Shown: positions 35,388 to 46,175 of the stretch, piece by piece
How the letters are laid out: every line of letters begins with the position of its first letter
Numbering within the stretch: the first letter of the stretch is position 1
Source of the DNA: Peribolospora baueri
Taxonomy: Eukaryota
Reading direction: 5' to 3'
DNA length: 64,000 bases
NCBI GenBank assembly: GCA_029717555.1
Contig: JAMDHS010000013.1
Coordinates: 186,001-250,000 of the forward strand
Position numbers and translations under genes: made by a program
Notes under the pieces: model-generated
What the model was told of the DNA's origin: nothing
Seen by the model: only the letters and a program-made list of their open reading frames with translations
Database searches by the model: none

Positions 35388-38041
35388 ATGGGCAAGCAGG
35401 TCAGCTACGACGGCAAGGTCGTCATCGTCACAGGCGGCGGCGGCGGTCTCGGCCGAGCGTGAGTGATGCGATGCGATGCGATGCGATGCGATGACCGTGA
35501 CCGACCGGCTCGCGGGGGGCACTCCCCGTCACTAGGCGCCGTAGAACAGCGCGGCGCTCATCCCTCCTCGTCTCCTCCTCCTTATCAACAGCTACTCGCT
35601 CTTCTTCGCCTCACGCGGCGCCAGCGTCATCATCAACGACCTTTCTCCGTCTCGCGAGAACCCGGACAAGAAGGCGGCTGACGTCGTCGTCGAGGAGGTC
35701 AAAAAGGCCGGCAAGGGCGACGCTGTGGCCAACTATGACAGCGTCACCGACGGCAGCAAGATCGTCCAGCAGGCGCTCGACAAGTGGGGCAGGGTCGATG
35801 TGCGTCCCTTCTCTCCTTTCAGCCCGCCGTCGTTAAGTTCGATCGCTCGCACTCCATTCATGCGACTCCGAAGCCTGATTGCGATTTCTATCGCCTGCTT
35901 TCTTTTCTCCCTGGCCCTTAACCCCCCGCCCGCCTTCCCTGTCCGCTTCGCAGGTTGTCATCAACAACGCCGGCATCATCCGCGACAAGTCGTTTAAGAG
36001 CATGACCGACAAGGAGTGGGACGCTGTGCAGGCCGTCCACATCAAGGGCGCCTTCTCCGTCACCCATGCCGCCTGGCCCATCATGAGGAAGCAGAAGTAC
36101 GGCCGGATCATCAACACCGCGTCCGCCGCTGGCCTTTATGGCAACTTTGGCCAGGCCAACTACTCATCTGCCAAACTTTCCCTCGTCGCTTTCACCAAGA
36201 CCCTCGCCAGGGAAGGTGCCAAGTACAACATTCTCGTCAACGGTACGTTATCTCGTCTTTCTTTCCCCCATCTGTCCTTTCATTTCGTTTCCTTCTCGCG
36301 TGACATCGCTCATCCTCATCCTTTTTCACCCTCCCGACAGTGCTTGCCCCCGTTGCTGCCTCTCAAATGACGGAGACGATCATGCCGCCGGAAATGCTGA
36401 AAAACATGAAGCCCGAGTTCATCGTCCCTCTCGTCTCTTATCTCGCTAGCGACGCCAACACCGACGTGAGCGGCCAAGTCTTCGAGGCTGGCGCTGGCTT
36501 TTACGCCAAGCTGCGGTACCAGAGGAGCAAGGGTGTGTTGGCATCTCTCAGTCGCGTCCAGGCCATATGTTCCGCCGTTTCTCAACATGTTCTCTTCCTC
36601 GTTCAGGTGCCGTCTTCAGGACGGACGACTCCTTTACCCCGTCAGCCGTCCGGGCTCGCTTCGACGAAGTGCTGGACTACTCGAACCCGGAGTACCCCGA
36701 ATCGATGACGGACGCCAACTACATGGACTTCCTCGAGCGCTCCAGAGAAGTGCCCACCAACAAGCAGGGTGACGTCAAGGTCCGCTACGACGGTCAGACC
36801 GTCATCGTCACGGGCGCGGGAGGCGGTCTCGGTCGCGCCTACGCTCTCATGTACGGCCGATTGGGCGCTAACGTCGTCGTGAATGATTTCAACGCCAAGG
36901 CCGCCGAAGCTGTGGTCGAGGAGATCAAGAAGGGTGAGCGCGCGAACAGACGGTCGTCCCGACCCCGCTTTGCTATGGTCGGGGGATTGTCATATTGATC
37001 GGTTATTTGTACGTCTCCTCCCCCCCCCCCCCTTTTCAGCTGGCGGCAAGGCCGTCGCCAACACTTCGTCGGTCGAGGACGGTGATGCCGTCGTCAAGAC
37101 GGCCTTGGACGCTTTCGGCAGCCTTCACGTCATCGTCAACAACGCCGGTATCCTCGCCGACAAGTCTTTCGCAGGAATGAGCGAGAAGGAATGGGATCGG
37201 TGCGTCTCGTTCTTCTTTCGCCATCTCCTCCCTTCAACGGAACGACGCTCCTTGTCTGCTCACGCTCATCCTTCCCCCCCTTTTGTTTTCGTCCGCCATC
37301 AGCGTCCTCGCAATTCACGTTCGCGGCACGTACAAGGTCTGCAAGGCCGCTTGGCCCATCTTCCAGGACCAGAAGTACGGCCGCATTCTCAACACCGCCT
37401 CGGCCGTCGGCATATACGGCAACTTTGGTCAAGCCAACGTGCGTGCCATTTATCTCTCCGTGTCGTATTCTGTACACTCGAGAACGCGCGGGCAGGCTGT
37501 CATCTCATCTGATTTGGCCTGGCCGTCATTTGCTGTCGTGCGATTGTAGTACTCGACCGCCAAGGCCGCCATTCTCGGCCTCACCAAAACTCTGGCTATC
37601 GAAGGCAAGAAGAGGAATATCCTCGCCAACACGATCGCACCCAACGCCGGCACCAACATGACTCGCACCATCATGCCCGAGGAGATGGTCCAAGCTTTCA
37701 AGCCCGACTACGTCGCCCCCGTCATCGGCTTCCTCACCAGCAAGGAGAACGAGAAGATCACGCAAGGCTTATTCGAGGTGTCCGCCGGTTGGGTCGCTAG
37801 CGTGCGGTGGGAGAGGACCGGCGGCCATGCGGTGAGTCATTTTGAGCGATTGCCTTTATTCCCATCCACGTGGGCTTAACCGACCTCATACACACGCCTC
37901 GTCTTCGTCCCCCGTAGTTCTCCAACACCCGTCCGCCTACCCCCGAGGACATCATCGTCAACTGGGACAAGATCACCAACTTTGGTTAGTCCTTGCACAC
38001 CTACAGTCACCCTACTTTCGTGCTCCGTTGACCTCTGTCTA

Positions 38042-38074
<33 letters not shown>

Positions 38075-39510
38075 TTCCCTCTCTCGCAGACGACGGCCGT
38101 GCGACGCACCCCACGTCAACGCAAGAGTCTCTGGAACAGATCATCGCCAACTTTGGCAACGAGGGCGCCGACGAAGGCTCGTCCCAGTACGATGACCCGG
38201 AGGACCCGGAGATCGTGAAAAAGGCCAAGGCGGAGGAGGTGGAGGCGTCCGAGTTCAGCTACGGCGAACGGGATGCGATCCTGTACAACCTCGGCATCGG
38301 CGCGACGGAGAAGCAGGTCCAGTACACCTTTGAGGGCTCGGACGACTTCCAGGTGCTGCCCACCTTCGGCGTCATTCCCCAATTCTCGAGCTCGTCTGGC
38401 GTCCCGCTCGACTGGCTGCCGAACTTCAGCCCTATGATGCTCCTCCACGGCGAACAGTACCTCTCCATCAAGGTGCCTAAGATCCCCACGTCCGCCACTC
38501 TCGTCAACAAGCCCGCCATCCTCGAGGTACTTGACAAGGGCAAGGCTGCCGCGGTCACCACCATCGTGCAGACCGTCGACAAGGCGTCTGGAGAGCTCGT
38601 CTTCGAGAACCAGAGCACCGTCTTCATTCGCGGCTCCGGCGGTTTTGGTGGCAAGAAGTCCGGCAAGGGTGCGTGCGTCCTTTTATTTCCACAAGGGTCA
38701 TACACGGCTTTGCTCACGTCGCCTCGCTTCCTCTCCTACCCTTGCCTATGCGATCCACAGACCGCGGCCCTGCCTCCGCGCTCAACAAGCCCCCGTCGCG
38801 CAAGCCTGACCAGGTGGTCGAGGAGAAGACGCTCGAGAGGCAGGCCGCGCTGTACCGGTGAGTCATGCAATGCCGTCCTCTCCTCCGGCCGGGCTGTCTG
38901 GAGAAACGGCCGTAGCCACAGTTTTGTAGGAAAGCGCATCTGACAAAGTTTTTTTTCGCGTTGACCGATTACTTGGTGCCACAGCCTGAGCGGCGACTAC
39001 AACCCTCTCCACGTGAGCGCCTCTCAGCAGCGTCCGAACAAAGCCTTTGTGCAAATCAGATGAACCAGATCCACTCACGTCGCCCGTCCTCCTTCGCTCC
39101 CTCCCTCCCTCCCCCTCTCCTCCGTTATGTACGTCCTCCTCCCATTGCAGATCGACCCCAACTTCGCGGCGGTGGGCGGCTTCGACAAGCCGATCCTACA
39201 CGGCCTCTGCTCGTTCGGCATCTCCGGCAAGCACGTCTACGAAGCCTTTGGGCCTTACCAAGATATCAAGGTTCGGTGAGTATTCGGTCGCGGCGGGGAC
39301 GAACGAGGAGACGAATGAATTCATATCGTAAAGGTCTGACGCCCGTGTCGTTTCGTCGCGCTGCACACCAGCTTCACCGGTCATGTCTTCCCGGGCGAGA
39401 CGCTGGTGACGGAGATGTGGAAGGAGGGCGACAAGGTCATCTTCCAGACCAAGGTTAAGGAGCGCAACACCATCGCCCTCGCCGCCGCCGCGGCCACTTT
39501 GGCCAAGTGA
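35388..39510 (+). CDS. FOX2: Peroxisomal multifunctional beta-oxidation enzyme type 2 (two SDR domains plus hydratase 2)
   Basis: Two TGxGGGLG / NNAGI / [12 protein letters not shown] repeats, LLHGEQY, and hydratase-2 motif [14 protein letters not shown] with PILHGLC. Confidence 0.96.
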
Positions 39511-40061
39511 GTGCCTGACAGCTGAGCGCAAGCAACCCCTTCCGTCGTCGTCCGCTGGTCACGCTGTTCGTCGTGTCGGCTGCCCCCCTCTGTATTTACC
39601 TCTTGGAGCCCACCGAAACCGAATCGAGTTGAGTCTGAATAGAGCAAGATGCGATAGAGTCTAATTTTGGATCATAATACCAGGGCACGTGGATGGGAAG
39701 AACGTCTTTGCCAGGTTCCTCTGGTGTCTACGGCCGGGGCCGGGTAAAAGCGGAGGAAAGCGGACCAGCGGCGAAGTGATCGGCACGAGCCGATGTCTTT
39801 TCCTTCCGCGCACACGCGGCGTTCGGCTCTGCAACTTATCCACCACTTACACCGTGATCAGAATCGAGGTTCGCTCCCTATCGCTCACCAGCCGCTCCTG
39901 GTCGCAACACGCCCGCCGTCTTATATCTAGAGCGAGGCAAGACAAGGAAAGGAAAGGAAAGGAAAGGGAAGGAAGGAAGGGAAAAAAAAGAAGAAGGAAA
40001 GGACAGGCACAAGTCGATTCAAGACGACGGCGGGGTACAAACGAGGTCCGAGACCAAATCC

Positions 40062-41814
40062 ATGTTCGCCGCCCTCGGGCCCGCCGTACGCTCTCGTGCG
40101 GCACAGAGCACCATGTTCCGCCGCCCACTATCACCCACGGCACGCCTCGTTCTGCCGCCCCCTGTCATCCCCCGACCGAGATCTCTCCAGCGGCCCGTTC
40201 AACTTCAGCACCAACCTCTGCCGCGAATACGTTTCTACTCGACTCGACGCCGACACCCGCTTGAAGAGCCCGTCCTGCCCCAGAAGGCCACGCCGGGGTC
40301 CTCTCCGAAACCTTCCTCGTCGTCCTGGGCATTCCCTGCCGACGCCGTCTTCTCTCGTCTCAACCCGAGCTCTCTCCGTGGAGTGCTCTTTGCCTTCGGC
40401 CTTTCCCTCTCCGCATACATGTACTATGCCCACGTTACCAACGTCGACGCCGCCCGATGGCTACGTGAACTTGGCCGGGGAGGTTCGGCGCCGTGGGGCG
40501 ACTTTTCGTCGTGGGTGACCGGTGGTGGTGGCGAAAGTGCGCCGGGAGGAGTCAGCGATGGACAGATGAGGGCGGCGAGGAGGGTAGCGATGGGGGAAAG
40601 GCTCGGTTGGGGGTTCCAGTGGCTCGAGGACAAGTTGGGAGGGCTTCAGAACGGTGTGAAGGAAGCCGTTGGAAGGACCTATGTCATGCTGGCAGAAGGG
40701 TGAGCGTCGTCTAGCGTGCCCGGTGAGACGGATGCTGCAAGCCCGATTCAAGGCGATGCATCTCATCTTGTCCTTTCTTTGCTCTCTACAGCTATTTGGA
40801 TCTTCCTGAATACAACCGAGCGGTCGTCCCCATCGTCGCAATCAACACTTTGGTGGTACGTACAGACCCTCGTCATCTCGCCACAGTACCGACGTCTCTC
40901 ATTCTTTGTCTTTATTTCTTCCAGTTTCTTGCATGGAAGATTCCCTCCACTCGCGTCTTGCTCTTCATGACTCGGCATTTCCTTCATCATCCCCTCTCCG
41001 GGCGGAGCTATACGATGCTCACTAGCGCGTTTAGCCATCAAAGCGTGCTACACTTCGGATTCAACATGTTTGCGTTGTGGAGCATGTGAGTGTGTGTTCC
41101 TACGTCCTCGCTCGATCCTCGTCGCCCAACTTAAATGTTCCGACCTGCGCGTTGTTATGTATGCAGCGGTGCAGCTCCTTGGTTTGCACCAACCTTCCGC
41201 TCTCAAAGCGATCTCGCCGAGCTGCCGGAATCCACTCCGCGATGGCACTTCTACGCCTTCTATATTTCCGCTGCCCTTTTTTCCGGTCTTGCCTCGCACA
41301 TCGTCGCTCTCCGCTACTCTCTCCCGCGGCTGCTCCGACTCGGCTCTCTCTCCGGGAGTGCCACCGTCAAGCCGATCCTCCCGGGGCTCGGCGCGAGCGG
41401 GGCAATCTACTCGATTTTCGCACTCAGCGCGTTCACCTTCCCTGAAGCCAAGCTCAACTTGATCTTTTTGCCGTTTTTCGACATACCCATCGGTCCTGGC
41501 ATTGCTGGATTGGTGGCCTTCGATGCGCTCGGGTTGGTCTTGGGTTGGAGGGTGAGTCCCGTCGAGACCGAGCGTATTCCGTTCTCGTCCTCGACAGCGT
41601 CTCATAGATACCCTTCTTTCATGATTCGCATCCTTCATTCCAGCACTTCGACCACATGGTGCACCTCGCAGGCGCAACTTTTGGCGCGCTCTACTTTGCG
41701 TACGGACAAGCTTGGTGGGAGCGGGTGAGGCGATGGGGCATCGAGCACGAGAAGGACGAGCAGACGAGGACGGTGTTGGTGCCCATCAAACAAGCGCTAG
41801 ATGGAGGCCGGTGA
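40062..41814 (+). CDS. PCP1: Mitochondrial rhomboid protease, PARL/Pcp1 type (5 exons)
   Basis: Presequence, TSAFSHQSVLHFGFNM, catalytic LGASGAIY and FDHMVHLAG. Stop TGA at 41812-41814. Confidence 0.88.
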
Positions 41815-42464
41815 AGAATAAACGATCGGCTAGTATAGAAGAAGGTCGTTGAGGTGCGGCAAAGGTATCGCCAATCTCCATCTCTTCCTTTCCAATAGCG
41901 TCCCCCACTCCGCTCTTCCTTGCTCGACGCGTCATACCTGCAGAGGGAAGCAAATGTCTGTTTGAGTTTGAACGACCTGGATGTAAGAGGTATAGTAATA
42001 ATTTTACGTACATGAGACGACAGACTGCGCAATGACATCAAGCGAAGGGCCAACGGTTCAAGCGAGCCTCGGAGAACGGAGGGTGCAAGTCGCCGAATGC
42101 CGAGCGGGGGTTGCCTGTCAACGTATGATCGCGCCCCGTGTTTCACCCCTCAACCTCCTTCTCGGTGCCCCGGATGCCCGTTCAGCTTGGTTCCGCAAAC
42201 CCGTTGGGGGCCCCGTTCGGCGGCGAGACCAGCACAGAGGCTGGCTCACGCTCAGCGAGCGTATGCTTTTTGCAGAAAGCGCCCGTTCCCGTCCAGAGGC
42301 ACCGGAAAGATGGTCCAATTGGTGCGTAGAAGCGCTCGGCCAAGCGCAACCGCTTCCACCGAGCGCCGAGGTTCGCCTCAAATGAGCCCAGGAACCTCCA
42401 TATGCACAAAAGGCCTGCTTCATGCTCACGTCCTCCCACGCGGGCCCCCACGTCCACCACCGAA

Positions 42465-44677
42465 ATGACCTGGCATCTCACCCCTTACACCTGGTGCTTT
42501 GGCCTCAAGGGCCTCAGCCTCAACTTTGCCATCGCCGGCGTCGCAACGTTGGCCTTTTTGGTGAGTTTACAACGAGAACCTTTTTTTTTTTTTTTTTTTC
42601 TTTGCACGTTTTCTGGACTATGGTCTAGCAGACGGGATAGAGGCTCACTCGTTGACCGTGTGTCTCTGCCCCTCTCTGCCTCCCCACCGACCATCCACCA
42701 CTCCCTGGTAGCTTTTCGGTGAGATGTGATGGCAACGAAGAATAGGAGTGCGCGACAGGTCAGCTGACCATCCGCCCCATCCGTCTCTCGTCGGACGGAT
42801 AGGATATGACATGTCTGTCATGGGCGGTTTGGTGACGGAGGACAGCTTCCTGAACGTCTTCCCGGCCTGTAAGGATGCCACGACGCTCGGCATCGTCATC
42901 GCCTCGTTCGAACTGGGTGCCCTCTTCGGCGCCCTGGCCTGTCTCGACATCGGGGACCGGTTCGGACGTCGATTGACCGTCCAGCTGGGCATGCTCTTCA
43001 TGCTCATTGGCGGAACGCTTCAGGCTAGCTCTTGGAGCGTCGGTCAGTTCACCACCGGGCGTGTCATCTCTGGAGCCGGCCTCGGCCTTCAGGTCGCCAC
43101 CGTTCCCAGCTGGCAATCTGAGTGTGCGAAGGGCAAGAGCCGCGGGCGATGGGTCATGATCGAGGGCGGTCTGCGTGAGTCTTCCTTTCTGTCGACGAGA
43201 CTGAGAGCGGAGGAGCAGGGACCTTCCGGTCTCCGCCTGAATTGACGACGTCTCTCTATATATCCCGCCTCAGAAACTTCGGGCGTTGCTATCGGCCAAT
43301 GGGTCGGCTACGCTTTCTACTTTGTCCAAGGACAGGCGCAGTGGCGCATCCCAGTCGCCCTCCAGCTCATACCCGCATTGCTCGTCTTCGTTCTGATCAA
43401 CTTCCTTCCCGAGTCGCCTCGCTGGCTTGTCAAGCACGGACGGACAGACGAGGCTACGCATGTACTCGCCCGACTCCGCGATCTGTCGCACGACGACCCC
43501 GTTCTGCTCAAGGAGCGCGACCAGATCGTCGCCTCTTTCCAGGCCCAGCACTCCCAGGAGCCCTTCTCGTACAAAGAGCTCTTCCGTAACGGCAAGTCCC
43601 AAACCTTCCGTCGCGTCGCCCTCGGCTTCTTTTTCCAGAGCGCCCAGCAACTCTCTGGCATCAACCTAGTGAGCACCTATGCGAACAAGGTGCTCGTCGA
43701 CAACTTTCATTTCAACTCCGGTTTGAGCCACCTCATCGCCGCATGCGGAGGTACCGAGTGTGAGCTGCCAGGCTCTCCACGGCCCTGCCAGCGTTTGCGC
43801 TCGTTCGGACTGACCCCCGGTTGGTCTTCACTCCAACGCCGCCGTAGACGCCATCTGCTCCCTCCTCTCCGTTCTCCTCATCGAGGGGCTGGGCCGACGT
43901 AAGTCGTTCCTCATCACCGCCGCCCTCATGGCCATCACTTTTGCCATCATCGCCGGCCTCCTCTCCACCGGTCGCGAGGCCGAGCGCTTGGCGGGAGCGG
44001 GGCTTCTCTTTTTGTTCAACACCTGGTTTGGGCTGGCTTGGGTTGGAGGACCGTTCCTTTATTCAGCGGAAATCGCCCCTTTGAGGGTGAGATCGCAAGC
44101 GAACGCCATTGCCAGCGCGGGCAACTGGATCTGTGAGTGTGGAGCGTTTGGAAGTTTGTGGCGCTCGGGGCCGCCGCGGCTCTCGACTGCGGGGTATCAG
44201 ATTAAGTTTCTGACCTTGTTGCCGTCGGGTCAACGCAGTCTGCTTCCTTGTCGTGATGATCATCCCTCCAGCGTTCCAGAATATCGGCGAGTGTCCATTA
44301 CGAGGTCGAGATTGGATCGAGAGCGACAGGCTCATCCCAAGTTTCTCCTCTTCGTATCGACAGACTGGCGCACCTACATCATCTTTGCCATTCTAAATGC
44401 CTGCTTCGTTCCGATCATCTACTTCTACTGCGTCGAGACCAAAGGCCGTAGCCTCGAGGAGCTCGATGTCATTTTCGCAGCTGCCGAGCATGGCCAGAAC
44501 CCAATCAAGGTGGAGCAGCAGATGCCGTACGACCTATCCGTGGCAGAAATGCGTAGGCAGCTCGGTCTTCCCGTTGATCTCGAGGTGGCGAAGGCGGGTG
44601 CCGAGCCTGGCTCGCGGAACTCGGGAGAAAAGGGCGATCATCACGTCAATCAGATCGAGGACCTGCAAGGCGCTTAA
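42465..44677 (+). CDS. MFS sugar porter (STL1-like polyol/sugar:H+ symporter)
   Basis: LFGYD (through a 7-nt microexon), GDRFGRR, VPSWQSE, PESPRWL, QQLSGIN, LYSAEIAPLRVR and VETKGRSLEELD. Confidence 0.93.
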
Positions 44678-46175
44678 TTGGGGAAGAGGATGAACGGGAC
44701 GGCGCATGGGAAATCTAGAATGGGTCGTCTCTCGACCGCAGACACCGTTACCCTGGGCTTCTGGGACTCGGGCGACTTGGTTGAGACGAATGCAATTTGG
44801 ATCGGTGCAGTAAGCACCATATAAATTGAAGCTGAGAGTTTATCGTCGTCCTTCGTGGCGGACCATACTTGAGATGGGCCGGAAGGGACCGTCCCGTTTT
44901 CGCAGAGACTTTTGCCTTGTCTCGAGCACATGCTTCCGTTTGAAGACGAAAGACGTGCCGACGAAATCCATTCGAAAGAAGATTGCAGCTCTTTTTCGTC
45001 CCTCGACTTGGCCATGTGCCTCACCTCGCGTATTGACTTTTATGGCCCTGGTTGCGTAGTAGGACGGAGGGATCTGGCGAGGCGGTGCCCGTCTCGCAGA
45101 CGGATACCCTCCATCCTCCGGGGCCAAACCGAAAGCCAATCGTGCTTCTCAGCAGGCTAACAGAACAGTCGTCGCCGGGTCGGAACGTACGATGCCGAAG
45201 AAACGGCTTACGACCTCTTTGCTCCCCGTTCCCCGTTCCCCGTTCCCGGCGGAAAGTGGACTTCTGCGCGATCTCCTTCATTTTATGGCTTTCCGCGGTG
45301 CAGCAGTGAGTGGGTGGGTCGATCGACGACGCGGCCGGAAACCAAACCGCCATGGGAAGGGGAATTGCATGCAGTCCATTGGATCATCTCATTACACGTG
45401 GGAGGAGGGCGTCCCGACCGCTGGCTCTGTGCAGCGTCTGCGAAGAAGCAAGCGAAAGGGGAGGCCCAGGAAAAAAAAATTAAAAAAAGGGCCCGGTGAC
45501 GGATGGGGAGGCGAGGAGAGCAGGAGAGCGAGCAGGGGTCCACGATACGCAAGGCGAGCTACGTCTGTAAATAAGCGTCCATCGGCGTCCCGTCCACCGG
45601 GGGCGCAAAACAGAACAGAAGGAGAAGAACCTGTCCGTTGGGAGAAAACAAACAAAAACAATAGGGAAGAGCAAAACCCTGTCCGTGGAGTGGCGAGCGT
45701 CGAAAAATTGTCCGTGGAGCGATGAGGGCATCAAAGTGGTCCGTGAAGAGAGTAGGAAATTATCCGCGATGATACGAGCGACGGAGAAGAGACGGAGGGG
45801 CGAACGTAAAGGACCAGAAGGGGGAAGGGAGACGTGGGAGAGAAGACGGGATATATGCTAGTGTCCGGTATGCGAGGTACTGCGAGCGAGGCGTGCAAAG
45901 GGAGCGACGAACGTTGGGAGCGTAAAGAGCAAAGAGCGCTATTGTCCGTCTGGAGGGCGAAAAAGAAGAGGAGCAAAGGTTAGAAAAAAAGCAAGGCGCG
46001 ACGTCGGCGCTCGTTCTATTCGGACAACTCACGGTGAGGAGAAGGGAAACCAAAGAAAAAGTCCATTATCGGTGGCCTGTCGAAATGGAGAAGTGGAAAC
46101 GTGAGCGTGGAGCCAGCGCGAAAGACAATGGAAGGCCGTTGCCGAGTGCTCACGAGTTGTTACCGAAAATTCTGT

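Noticed and set aside
11112..39510. Possible fatty-acid utilisation cluster (ANT1, YAT1, FOX2)
   Set aside because: The genes are dispersed among unrelated housekeeping genes, and I saw no shared CCTCGG (FarA-type) motif in their proximal promoters. Conserved synteny would be needed to revive it.
2557..44677. Secondary-metabolite gene cluster
   Set aside because: No NRPS, PKS or terpene backbone gene. The enzymes are standard primary-metabolism orthologues.
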